A DNA stretch of 64,000 nucleotides from a virus (Duplodnaviria; Caudoviricetes): the IMG/VR virus record IMGVR_UViG_3300035492_000236; one strand, 5' to 3'. Position numbers and translations under genes: made by a program. Shown one piece after another: positions 1-8,824 of this stretch (positions are counted from its first letter, which is position 1; every line of letters starts with the position of its first letter). A model generated the notes under the pieces. The model was not told the origin of the DNA. It worked only from the letters and a program-made list of their open reading frames with translations, and did no database searches.

Positions 1-1
1 C

Positions 2-907
2 CGACGTCAGGTGGTCGTTCTCGTACAATGCAATCATGTCCACCGGCTTGCCGTGTTTGGCGATTGCGGCCATGATGTCGTGAATGGTGGATTTATCAAA
101 CCGTCCCTTGGCTGCCAGGTATTTGATCGCTCGCGGATTGGTCGGTTGGCTGGAGAGCAGGTACTCGGTTTGCGTGACTGTGTCCGGCGACTTCAAGTTG
201 GCGTAGAACTCATTGCTATTGAAGTGGTTTGACGTGGTCAGCAAGAGCTGCTCAGTCAGCTCTTCGTTGTACGTACTACAAGCCATCAGGATCAGTCGAG
301 AGGTCAGGTAGTTCCAATCAGAACTCTCCGACAGTTCCATCAGTGCCGGGTCAACTAGCATGGTAGGGTGGTTAATCTGCTCCAGGTGCTTGATGATCGC
401 AGGGCTGGCGTCAGTTAGGCTGTACCGTCGCAGATCCTCCGGCTGCGTGATGGGCAAGGTACCGTCTTGAAACGCCTGTTCAATCAGTGCCCGCTTGACC
501 TCCACCGACACCGTGGGATTGTTCAACACGCTGTCTAGCCGCACGTTGTAATCGTGAGCTTCTTGCAATGTGATGTTATCGTAACACCGCACGAAGTACG
601 ACGGCGGCAACGTATCACGAAACACGTCCACGGTGAACGCCAGGTGGTTGATCTTGGGGTTAGTGGTAACCGCCACCAGCTCATTACGAGCAAAGGTGTT
701 AATGTCCATGGCCCGCACACGCTCAGGTGTCAGGCGTGTCCAAGCACGCAACATCTGTGCACGGGTTAGCGCCCCCTTACGCAGTAGAATATAAATGTCC
801 TCCTCTGGCAGGTCTAGACGTGTGGACTCATACCGTTCCAACACCTCCGAGATACCACTGGAACGATTTGTAAAGAACTTCAGGTTGTCCTTATTAATGA
901 CCAGCAT
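2..907 (-). CDS. Hypothetical protein, partial (runs off the left edge; not in the ORF track)
   Basis: ATG at 907 preceded by GGAGG. Manual translation MLVINKDNLKFFTNRSSGISEVLERYESTRLDLPEEDIYILLRKG... stays open to the window edge. Confidence 0.75.
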   Translation of the reverse strand, partial: MLVINKDNLKFFTNRSSGISEVLERYESTRLDLPEEDIYILLRKGALTRAQMLRAWTRLTPERVRAMDINTFARNELVAVTTNPKINHLAFTVDVFRDTLPPSYFVRCYDNITLQEAHDYNVRLDSVLNNPTVSVEVKRALIEQAFQDGTLPITQPEDLRRYSLTDASPAIIKHLEQINHPTMLVDPALMELSESSDWNYLTSRLILMACSTYNEELTEQLLLTTSNHFNSNEFYANLKSPDTVTQTEYLLSSQPTNPRAIKYLAAKGRFDKSTIHDIMAAIAKHGKPVDMIALYENDHLTS

Positions 908-1033
908 AGCTTATTCCTCCTGTCGTGTCTTCCTGACACGGGTATACAAAGTCCGTCTATCCCAAACGGTCCGTTGTGGCAGAACCTACTCCCCACCACA
1001 ACGGGAAGCTACATCACTGCCATGAAGCATGTG

Positions 1034-1047
1034 GATGATATATGTCC
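1034..1047 (-). promoter_or_regulatory. AT-rich phage promoter-like motif (GATGATATATGTCC on +)
   Basis: Matches the recurring GATRAWATAT/C motif found upstream of six other minus-strand genes. Confidence 0.4.
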
Positions 1048-1118
1048 AACATGTTTTACAAGGCAGGTCACGGACGCACCCTCTCCTCCTAATACGTCAG
1101 GCGCTATGTATAATAAGA

Positions 1119-1877
1119 TTAATCGCCCCGCTCGATGTACGAGTCTATTATCGATACGATACGGTAATACGATTCCAGGCTAATTACCGTGAGCTTTTGC
1201 TGATCAGGTTTAAACGCACTTGCTGGCGCCTCCACTGCACACACTAGCACCCCCTCACTGTTCGGCAAACGAAACGCACCTGCCCCATTGGCCAATAGCT
1301 TAGCGGCCAAATCCCCATCTATCAGGTTTCTACTAATACTGTCCAGTGTGTTTACCAACCGGTAGATGCGGTAGCCTTCTAACTCCCACAGTCGCTCATC
1401 CATCTTGGCGGCCAGGTCATCCATCAGATAACGAGAACCCAACGCACGGTCGAACGTCGCACCGGCGGCCGTTTTATTGATCGCCTGTGCCACCACAAAC
1501 CCACCAGGCAGAGAGCTGAGACCGAGCAGCGCAGGAATACCTTGAACGTTGATGTCTGTGATATCCTTATTCGCCAACGTGTGGAGCTTATTGAGGTGAC
1601 TACTGTCGACCTTGCGGTAATCTTTCCATAATAACCCATATATAGGACGGCGAAGTAACGTCAGGGCTGCTATCCGTCCTTGCGGCAACATTTCGAAGAA
1701 GCTCTCTTTCATGTCTACCATTTTAGGATTATCAAAGTAATAAAGGTAGCGACCCTCCATCGGCACCGACAACAACACCGCAATCGAGCGGTCGGTGGCA
1801 GCAAACTGCGCACCGCGATCAAAGAACCGTGCGGTCTTTTTGATCCACTCAATCGGGTTATTCAACAACTCACTCAT
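1119..1877 (-). CDS. Hypothetical protein (252 aa)
   Basis: Long ORF co-oriented with its neighbours, GGAG upstream of the ATG, no recognisable motif. Confidence 0.7.
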   Translation of the reverse strand: MSELLNNPIEWIKKTARFFDRGAQFAATDRSIAVLLSVPMEGRYLYYFDNPKMVDMKESFFEMLPQGRIAALTLLRRPIYGLLWKDYRKVDSSHLNKLHTLANKDITDINVQGIPALLGLSSLPGGFVVAQAINKTAAGATFDRALGSRYLMDDLAAKMDERLWELEGYRIYRLVNTLDSISRNLIDGDLAAKLLANGAGAFRLPNSEGVLVCAVEAPASAFKPDQQKLTVISLESYYRIVSIIDSYIERGD

Positions 1878-1955
1878 ACAAGGTCTCCGTTAAAGGTCAC
1901 AATTCAATAGAATGCGGATGGAGGTAAGAATTAACAGGTGGTTGTTTTGACGCAC

Positions 1956-1984
1956 AAAAAAAAAGGAGGGGCCGAAGCCCCTCC
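1956..1984 (-). terminator. Rho-independent terminator
   Basis: GGAGGGGC-TTCG-GCCCCTCC then a T9 run on the minus strand, downstream of 2005..2538. Confidence 0.9.
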
Positions 1985-2004
1985 AATTACTTAGCAGTGG
2001 TCAC

Positions 2005-2538
2005 TTACGGAGCAGCGGGAGCCGGGGCTTCAAAGCCATTCAGCAGGTTGGTCGCTACACGGGTCGCCAGAGAGTCAACTACAGCGATGTCGAAGTGGTT
2101 GGTGTATGCCAGGTTCTCGGCTTTTGCAGAGACGCGCAGTACGCCAGCAGACTGGACAGCAACAGTGAAGTCAGCGTCAGTCATGGCCACGCCGAACTTA
2201 CGCAGGATCTCTGCGAAGAACACGGCGTTGTCTTCAGGCAGACCGTTCACGTTCAGGGGCACGTCAACTTCACGGAAGTTGGGGTTGATCACGCTGAACA
2301 GTTCGGTCAGGTCGATGCGCTTGTAGGTGAACTCAACGTAGTCGCCTTCCACTTCAGAAGGCATGGTCAGCAGGTCGATCTGGACAGAAGTATCCTGGAT
2401 GTCGCCCACTTCGCCCACGAAGGGCTGCGGAGGCAGGATAGCCACGTCGGCTTCAACCAGACCCAGGTTGTTGGCGTCGTTGAGCAGACCCAGCAGCATT
2501 TCGACCGGGCGCTTGGTCATATCAGTGATGTATGCCAT
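2005..2538 (-). CDS. Putative virion structural protein, stand-alone anchor-module family member
   Basis: Shares FTYKRIDLTELFS and C-terminal LLNGF motifs with 2614..3186, 8241..8744 and the N-termini of 3315..4613 and 50882..52192. Strong C-ending codon bias suggests high expression. Confidence 0.65.
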   Translation of the reverse strand: MAYITDMTKRPVEMLLGLLNDANNLGLVEADVAILPPQPFVGEVGDIQDTSVQIDLLTMPSEVEGDYVEFTYKRIDLTELFSVINPNFREVDVPLNVNGLPEDNAVFFAEILRKFGVAMTDADFTVAVQSAGVLRVSAKAENLAYTNHFDIAVVDSLATRVATNLLNGFEAPAPAAP

Positions 2539-2613
2539 GGAGATTTTTCCTTTCTTGGGATTTGAGGATTAACGTAAGCAAACTCAGGCGGCAACTACGT
2601 CACCGCCAGACCA

Positions 2614-3186
2614 TTACTCAACTACGTCAGCTTCCTGAATCGGGCTGTAGATAAAGCCGTTCAGCTTAGTAGTGGTGATGGTTTCAGAGAAGTGCTTCGG
2701 CATCTGGAAAGAGACAGTGGGCTTGAAGACCATTGACTCAACGGTAAAGTCCAGGAAGTACCGGTTAGACACGCCATCCAGGCGACGGACCACGCTGACG
2801 GTTTCAGCAGCGGCGTTCAGATCGATACCGTCACGCAGGGCAGCAGCTTTAAACGCGGCGATGGCAGCGGTAACGGAGGCAACGGGATCCCATTCGTCGG
2901 GAGCGTACCAGTCGAAGTCGCCGTCTTCCAGGGTCATTGCAGTGACGTCAGCCAGCGCTACCTTGTTGAAGTACACTTCAACAGTATCGGGAGCGTAGTT
3001 GGCGTTTTGCAGGGTGACGGCGTACTCACGCGGAATGGCTTCTTCAGGAGCCACTTCACGCTCGTTCACCAGCAGAACATCTGCCAGAGTCAGCGCGGTA
3101 CCCACAGTGGCCACGTTGTCGTGGTTCACCAGCTCGATGAAGCTTTGCTTGTGGGCCTTAGTCATGTCAAGAACGTAGTTTGCCAT
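2614..3186 (-). CDS. Putative virion structural protein, stand-alone anchor-module family member
   Basis: N-terminus YVLDMTK, VYFNKVAL and C-terminal KLNGF, parallel to 2005..2538. Confidence 0.6.
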   Translation of the reverse strand: MANYVLDMTKAHKQSFIELVNHDNVATVGTALTLADVLLVNEREVAPEEAIPREYAVTLQNANYAPDTVEVYFNKVALADVTAMTLEDGDFDWYAPDEWDPVASVTAAIAAFKAAALRDGIDLNAAAETVSVVRRLDGVSNRYFLDFTVESMVFKPTVSFQMPKHFSETITTTKLNGFIYSPIQEADVVE

Positions 3187-3230
3187 GATTTTGTCCTTAT
3201 TGATGATGGGAAAGTGAGTGTAGACAAGTT

Positions 3231-3243
3231 TCTACATAGTATA
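3231..3243 (-). promoter_or_regulatory. Candidate late/middle promoter (TATACTATGTAGA on minus)
   Basis: Identical 13-mer also at 24058-24070. Contains TATG, the short late-promoter core reported for phiKZ nvRNAP, and lies upstream of a structural gene. Confidence 0.35.
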
Positions 3244-3314
3244 CAATATCGGCAGTTTATATCCGAAGCGCATCGCCCCAGTGTTTATGCGGGTTTGCTG
3301 AGAAAAGTTTTATT

Positions 3315-4613
3315 TTAACCGTAAATTACGATGTCGCTGGTTTTATAGCCAGGCATGAATATTACTTTGTTTGTAACTGCCGCTATCCCATGTTGACTCC
3401 TAGTAGGTACCGGTCCGGTCAGCGTTGACCATTCACCTGTTATAGTGTTATACTTTTCGAAATTTGCGCTATTCGAGCTACTTATATACACGTTATTTCC
3501 ATGTGTTGTTACTGCGGCATATTGCCGTTTAACAAGTCCTCCTGGAATGTCCGTTAACTCGCCAGTAGTTAAGTCCAATTTTGAAAAGCCATCATGGTAA
3601 ACCAAGTACCAATCTTTTCCTATGGTTTTACCGCCAAAGTAATAACCGAGATCTCGCATCCCTCCAAAGGCCAACTCCCAGCTACCACTGACTGTGTCAA
3701 ATGCTGCAACTTGCGTCCCGAAGTAATAATAAACTTTCTTATTGTGGTACGCAATATTCGACGATACGCCAGATGCGAATTGTCCGGGCAACGACGGAAG
3801 CGCGACCCATACCCTTGAGGATAACGAATACCTTATAAATTGTCTTGCCGTCTGTCCCGCCCCCATGACGTACAGATATTCCCCATCTGTGCACATTGAA
3901 TGGTTTAGCGAAATCAGGGGCGACCCCAAGGATGTCCATGTGTTTGTCGAATAGTCGTATCTAAAAAAGGCGCTATTGGGCGTTGATGGGGACGCTCGCC
4001 GCCCACCGTGCATAAATACGACATCGCCCACGGCCACAGAAGCATATGCAAACCTATCATCTGCGTATGTTGGGTTGTTTATTTTAACATAGACGTCGTC
4101 TATAACGACCTCAGTCGTCAACTCAAATCCGTTCAGCTCACGATAGCCGATTCGACTGTCCAATGACAATTCAATCACGAGCGGACTGTATCCTACAAAA
4201 GCGGGGTTATTTACCTTCGCGAAGAACACGTCATGCCCTTCGATTTGTTTGACGCCAAACATCCCACTCTCAGTATTGATACCGTACTTCCTCGCCACCT
4301 CCTGAAGTACCAGCACCTCATCAAAGCTACCGTCTGCCTTAATATCGACTTCCCTGAGTTTGACCTCGACCACACTAAACAGCGTCGCCAAGTCAATTCG
4401 GTTAAAGTGGATTGACGCATACGGCACGTCTGCAGTTTCAGGGTGTCCCACCAACGTCACATCGACAACCGTGTTATATGGTTCCAATGGCGAAGGCTTA
4501 GGTTCCGACCCGACGGTCAGTTCAACTTCACTGTAGTTAGTGTCATTGAAATGGTTAAAGAGTTCACGCATCAGTGTACTAGGATGTTTATTCAACTCTA
4601 CAACATACGACAT
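3315..4613 (-). CDS. Virion anchor module fused to a Kelch-repeat beta-propeller
   Basis: Start moved to ATG 4613 (AGGAG RBS); the ORF-track extension runs through a terminator. N-terminal ~165 aa are paralogous to 50882..52192. C-terminus has Kelch blades (VFMHGG...FRYDYSTNTWTSL; LYVMGAG...RYSLSSRVWVALPSLP; FEKYNTITGEWSTL). Confidence 0.8.
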   Translation of the reverse strand: MSYVVELNKHPSTLMRELFNHFNDTNYSEVELTVGSEPKPSPLEPYNTVVDVTLVGHPETADVPYASIHFNRIDLATLFSVVEVKLREVDIKADGSFDEVLVLQEVARKYGINTESGMFGVKQIEGHDVFFAKVNNPAFVGYSPLVIELSLDSRIGYRELNGFELTTEVVIDDVYVKINNPTYADDRFAYASVAVGDVVFMHGGRRASPSTPNSAFFRYDYSTNTWTSLGSPLISLNHSMCTDGEYLYVMGAGQTARQFIRYSLSSRVWVALPSLPGQFASGVSSNIAYHNKKVYYYFGTQVAAFDTVSGSWELAFGGMRDLGYYFGGKTIGKDWYLVYHDGFSKLDLTTGELTDIPGGLVKRQYAAVTTHGNNVYISSSNSANFEKYNTITGEWSTLTGPVPTRSQHGIAAVTNKVIFMPGYKTSDIVIYG

Positions 4614-4659
4614 CTCTAAGCTCCTTCCGATAAAAAAAATGTGCCTTATCAAAAGATGC

Positions 4660-4692
4660 AAAAAAAAAGAGGGCAGGCATAACGCCTGCCCC
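4660..4692 (-). terminator. Rho-independent terminator
   Basis: GGGCAGGC/GCCTGCCC stem with a T-rich tail on the minus strand, after 4749..4979. Confidence 0.75.
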
Positions 4693-4748
4693 CCATAAAA
4701 CCACGGTCCGTCTTGCACACCGTCCCGTGGGCTTCCCTCTAACCTAAC

Positions 4749-4979
4749 TCAGTTTACAGAACAGTTCTTGGCAGAACCGTTCTCAAATTCCCAACCAAAG
4801 TCCGGATGGTAGTCTACTACCAGACTCGGATCGATTTGTTTGACGCCGTCTTGCAATACGCAAGACAGGACGGCTTCGCCAGATTGTACCTGTGCCAGCA
4901 GGTCGGCACTGGACAGGTTCAGGCCAACCAACAGAACAACGGCAACGACGATGGCGATAACAACATGATAACGTTTCAT
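4749..4979 (-). CDS. Small membrane-anchored or secreted protein (76 aa)
   Basis: N-terminal basic plus hydrophobic segment (MKRYHVVIAIVVAVVLLVGL), two Cys, RBS GGAGA, own promoter-like motif and terminator. Confidence 0.7.
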   Translation of the reverse strand: MKRYHVVIAIVVAVVLLVGLNLSSADLLAQVQSGEAVLSCVLQDGVKQIDPSLVVDYHPDFGWEFENGSAKNCSVN

Positions 4980-5038
4980 ACTCGAATCTCCTAGATATTA
5001 AAGTCGGTTAGTGCACGTTTAGTGTGCAACTTCACCTA

Positions 5039-5053
5039 GATGATATATATCTG
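5039..5053 (-). promoter_or_regulatory. AT-rich phage promoter-like motif (GATGATATATATCTG)
   Basis: TTCACCTAGATGATATATATCTG nearly identical to TTCACCTCGATAATATATATCTG at 23881-23903. Confidence 0.55.
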
Positions 5054-5068
5054 AGATTTCTTTTATTG

Positions 5069-5554
5069 TCACCGTGGCTTATTAGCCTGCCCAACCCGCA
5101 CCGGCAGGACCTCCACTGCGTACACTGTGTCTACCAACTGTGCCACTGCTTCTCGCATTGGTTGGTTCATCGGCGGCGATGGCTTCAATCGCCCACTGTG
5201 GTATTCCAGCACATATCGTCGATCTCCCCACCCATGGCCAAAACCTACAATCTTGAACCCGCTCTTTAAGAACAGTTGCAATGCTGGCAGGTTATCGGTC
5301 TCTACACTGGCCCGCAGATGATCGTGGGTGTGCTTATCGATGGCATGCTGCAATAGTGTTTCACCATACCCTGAACGACGCATGTCGGTCGCCACATGAA
5401 CGTATTCTACCCGAGCGCCGTTATAAACAATGGCCCCCACACACTGCCCTTCGTCCACGTACCCCACTACTTTCAACCCGTCACGCTCAGCCACGTACTG
5501 AGCCAAGGCGGGAAACTTCTTCAAATGCTCTTCAGTAAACTCAATGATACGCAT
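5069..5554 (-). CDS. GNAT-family acetyltransferase
   Basis: Acetyl-CoA motif A VHVATDMRRSGYGETLL and motif B DNLPALQLFLKSGF. Confidence 0.85.
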   Translation of the reverse strand: MRIIEFTEEHLKKFPALAQYVAERDGLKVVGYVDEGQCVGAIVYNGARVEYVHVATDMRRSGYGETLLQHAIDKHTHDHLRASVETDNLPALQLFLKSGFKIVGFGHGWGDRRYVLEYHSGRLKPSPPMNQPMREAVAQLVDTVYAVEVLPVRVGQANKPR

Positions 5555-5560
5555 CACCAC

Positions 5561-6064
5561 TCACTCCACTTCAGGGTAATTCACATGACGGTCTTGTTCC
5601 AGATCAAAATGAATCAACCATCGCACACGACCTAAGATGCGCCACACCGTCACCTCGCTAAGGTAATGTTTAAACATGTCGCGCGGAATACCAATGTCGA
5701 GTTCGCGACATTGTTCATACGTGGTTTGATTCGGTAATTCCGACCCTGGACAACTTACGTATCGGTCGATCAGGGCATATACCGCATCCAGCGCCTGTTC
5801 CACATGCCGTTGGGTGTAAGTGTCTTTATGAGGGATTTCTACCCGCCGCAGGAACCGCTCTGCCGAATACTGCACCAATGCACGGCGGCGCTGTGCGCTG
5901 TATAGAGACAATCCCGCATGATGACACCGAAATCTGAAATAGTGACGCAGCGCCCTGGCCAGGAACGTCGTATCGCCGTAGTGCTTACCCAGGCAATGTG
6001 GTACGGTGAAGGCCCGTTGCAGCACGCTGATGTCGTAGGTGACGATTCGTTTCTTCGGACTCAT
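5561..6064 (-). CDS. Hypothetical protein (167 aa)
   Basis: ORF with AAGG upstream, abutting the GNAT gene. Confidence 0.65.
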   Translation of the reverse strand: MSPKKRIVTYDISVLQRAFTVPHCLGKHYGDTTFLARALRHYFRFRCHHAGLSLYSAQRRRALVQYSAERFLRRVEIPHKDTYTQRHVEQALDAVYALIDRYVSCPGSELPNQTTYEQCRELDIGIPRDMFKHYLSEVTVWRILGRVRWLIHFDLEQDRHVNYPEVE

Positions 6065-6123
6065 GCTCTTACCTTATAAATGCTGCAGTTAACATAGCAT
6101 TATTTCAACTGGTATTTTAATAC

Positions 6124-6156
6124 AAATAAAAGCTAGGGATGCCGAAGCATCCCTAG
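6124..6156 (-). terminator. Rho-independent terminator
   Basis: CTAGGGATGC-TTCG-GCATCCCTAG plus a T-rich tail on the minus strand. Confidence 0.85.
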
Positions 6157-6158
6157 AC

Positions 6159-6668
6159 TTAACGACGCTTTGCGATACGATGCAACAGGGCGTTCACCAC
6201 CAGCTCCTGCAGTGGACCTACCCGGATACCGAAGAAGCTCAGCAACGCCAACGACGGCACGCCAAAGACGATAAGCAGCTCTTCCACTGAAGGCATACGA
6301 CCATTTTCGAGGTATTGCTGACCCAGCATCGCACCAAAACCAGCGGACAGAAACACAATCACCACCGCAATCATCATCGCGATGTACGCGCGAGCACGAG
6401 AAGACGGTGTCTCTTCTTCCATGGTGGTTTTGAGTTCAGTCCAGGCGGTGAACTTCGCCAACTCGGAATCGATGGTTTTGTTCAGGAACTGGAGTTTCTG
6501 CTCGGCCGGCAGCGACTCGATCAGTCCGCCCAACTCTTCCCCGGTGAGGGTGTCTCGCGGCAGTTCTTTCCCCACTACCATCTCCGCGATGTCCATGATC
6601 ACACCGCCCAACGGCACTTCTTTCAACAGCGACTTACCGGTCGCTTTCAGGATCTTCCCGATGTTCAT
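6159..6668 (-). CDS. Membrane protein, possible holin (GTA 3TM-holin-like)
   Basis: Amphipathic N-terminus and two hydrophobic segments (YIAMMIAVVIVFLSAGFGAML; LLIVFGVPSLALLSFFGIR). The FFGIR end resembles the YFGxR of that family. Confidence 0.45.
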   Translation of the reverse strand: MNIGKILKATGKSLLKEVPLGGVIMDIAEMVVGKELPRDTLTGEELGGLIESLPAEQKLQFLNKTIDSELAKFTAWTELKTTMEEETPSSRARAYIAMMIAVVIVFLSAGFGAMLGQQYLENGRMPSVEELLIVFGVPSLALLSFFGIRVGPLQELVVNALLHRIAKRR

Positions 6669-7312
6669 GATGCTTTCCTCTTTTTGCGTCGTCTGGATTT
6701 TTTTGCGGTTTTGGGTTTCTTCATGGAGAATGACTCATCCAACAAAAACTTTCGCAGTACAGCATGATTTACTGCCGTGGCGTCGATAGCATGCTCGTCA
6801 AGCTCCAGAAGAGGTACCTCTTCCGCACAGGATTCCTGATAAAGCGTAAGAATTGCAGCGCGAACATCGTCCTTAGTGGTTTTGATGTGAGAAACACCAA
6901 CCGCGTTCTTCACAGTAATGGGGTCGATGCGACGCAAGTACAAGCTCGGACTGTAGTCCCAACACACCGCACGTAACATGGCATGACATTCCACCAACGC
7001 CGCAAATGCATCCACACGACCCCTGCCGAGGAACGGACTCTCAGCTGATACCAAGGTGGGGGTGGTGAGTCGCATCAGCTCATATAGCCGCTCATAGTGC
7101 GATACCAACCGAAGATCACGCCCACCTCTTAACTCTTCTGCCCAAGGGCGCCCGCGGATCTCTCTTGATGCCACGAACGTGTCAGCATACACCAAGGTCG
7201 GCTCGTAGGTATCAATCGACACGTCGGTGATCGCCACGCCTAAGGTATCGGTGCCTGGGTCAATTCCCAGCAGTCGGATCACATCATCTGCGGGACCCTC
7301 GGGGAACCTCAC
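6665..7312 (-). CDS. ruvC: RuvC-like Holliday junction resolvase
   Basis: LLGIDPGTDTLGVA, VSAESPF, PITVKNAVG and EHAIDATAV supply the RuvC acidic catalytic motifs. Confidence 0.9.
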   Translation of the reverse strand: MRFPEGPADDVIRLLGIDPGTDTLGVAITDVSIDTYEPTLVYADTFVASREIRGRPWAEELRGGRDLRLVSHYERLYELMRLTTPTLVSAESPFLGRGRVDAFAALVECHAMLRAVCWDYSPSLYLRRIDPITVKNAVGVSHIKTTKDDVRAAILTLYQESCAEEVPLLELDEHAIDATAVNHAVLRKFLLDESFSMKKPKTAKKSRRRKKRKAS

Positions 7313-8244
7313 AGCAACGTACCGCCGCTAGCGCTGCCGGTCTGCTGCGGCACCTGACCTGCAGCCAACACCATCGGCTCGGTCTGGCCAATGTTCAGTA
7401 CGTACGCCAGACTACGGTTAGCATAAGCCACGTTGGTGAAAGTGGTCAGGAACACGGCAACTTGTGCACCAATCACTTCGTTGTACTGGAACGGGGATCC
7501 CACCATGCTCTCACCCGTGGCTACAGTGTCAATGCCAGTGCAAAGGCAGAACTCAGACACCACCGCTTTGCGCGGGTCGCCGTACAACACCGTGGCCACG
7601 TTCAGCAGCTCTTGAATGTCGAACTGGTCCAGTGGGACAGTGGTTTCTGCCGATGTGTGGACGTAGTCGCCGTCACTGACTGCCAGTTTGTCATCGACTT
7701 CGTAATCGTAGTCAGGGGACGCAGGTGGTGTGGGGTACAGGTTGATGTCAGAGTATTCAAACTCCCGCACGCTCTTCTGGCCGTCACGGATACGAGTGTA
7801 GTAGTCCATGGTCCGCACACCACGGAAATCCAACCGCTTCATGTAGTATGCCCAATAACGACGGCCGCCATGCTCTTCGATGCGGCGCAGGGCGTATCGC
7901 TCCCGTACGTCATCACCCAGGTCTTTGTCTACCGGACGCAGCACTAGCGGGATGATGTTGTAGGGAGCAGCATCGGTCGGGTTGTGCTTGACTGGAATAG
8001 GTGTGGCCAGGTTATCGGTGGCGGTAACGATATGCCCACCATTACCCACGCACAGGAACCGTGCTTCCGGTTTCGCCAATGCTTCAGGTCGACGATCTGC
8101 CAGGATACCCAAGTGTTCGTTCAGGGTGGACTTTTCTTTATAGGTGATCGGCAGACCCAGGAAGATGGAGTTCTGCACGTTCAGCCCCGCCAGGGTGTTC
8201 GTAACATGCTTGCCGTCGTACGGCTTGGTTTCAATTGTACTCAC
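7309..8244 (-). CDS. Putative virion structural protein (baseplate/tail region)
   Basis: 311 aa, ATGA-type overlaps with its neighbours, within the structural block next to the portal as in phiKZ-like phages. Confidence 0.6.
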   Translation of the reverse strand: MSTIETKPYDGKHVTNTLAGLNVQNSIFLGLPITYKEKSTLNEHLGILADRRPEALAKPEARFLCVGNGGHIVTATDNLATPIPVKHNPTDAAPYNIIPLVLRPVDKDLGDDVRERYALRRIEEHGGRRYWAYYMKRLDFRGVRTMDYYTRIRDGQKSVREFEYSDINLYPTPPASPDYDYEVDDKLAVSDGDYVHTSAETTVPLDQFDIQELLNVATVLYGDPRKAVVSEFCLCTGIDTVATGESMVGSPFQYNEVIGAQVAVFLTTFTNVAYANRSLAYVLNIGQTEPMVLAAGQVPQQTGSASGGTLL

Positions 8245-8744
8245 AATGGTACCTCAACTGAATTGGCGTAAAAGCCGTTCAACAATGTGTTTTGGAGTCG
8301 GTCGGTGAGGACCTCGACATATTTCAAATGGATGACGCCGGCATACACCAGCGACTGGCCAGAGATACGGAGCAAATCATCGACGGCGTCTATTGGCACC
8401 ACATCACTGATGATGTCGATTGGATCCAGGCGGATGCCTAGTTCCCGCAACACCACCGGTCGTGCATCGCCAGTAAAGGCCACCGGTGGCGGTACTAAGA
8501 CGCTGACCCCATCCAGGTACTTGGTGAGGTTAATGCGATTATAATAGATACGCACTGCCCCCGACCAACCAGTGTTGGGCCGGGCTCGGAGCACCACTGT
8601 CGTGTCACACCCACGGTAGTCTATCTTTGCCAATGTATCGCGGTCAAAATAAACGTCGTCCAATGAAAAGTTTTTGCCGTAGGATTCGTTGATCCTGCGG
8701 ATCAACACCTCGTCTGGAGGGAGTGATAAATCGATCGTTGCCAT
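8241..8744 (-). CDS. Putative virion structural protein, stand-alone anchor-module family member
   Basis: IDLSLPP N-terminus, IYYNRINLTKYL and C-terminal LLNGF. Confidence 0.6.
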   Translation of the reverse strand: MATIDLSLPPDEVLIRRINESYGKNFSLDDVYFDRDTLAKIDYRGCDTTVVLRARPNTGWSGAVRIYYNRINLTKYLDGVSVLVPPPVAFTGDARPVVLRELGIRLDPIDIISDVVPIDAVDDLLRISGQSLVYAGVIHLKYVEVLTDRLQNTLLNGFYANSVEVPL

Positions 8745-8824
8745 AACAATAAGTTTCCCGTAGTTGTATACTAAAAAATGTTATCTCCAAGAACAGTCAT
8801 AGGATACCTTACCCCTGTTAAACG

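Noticed and set aside
4614-4718. N-terminal extensions given by the ORF track (also 29659-29694, 47469-47603 and 54180-54230)
   Set aside because: Most run through or abut terminators or other genes, and good RBS-ATG pairs lie downstream.
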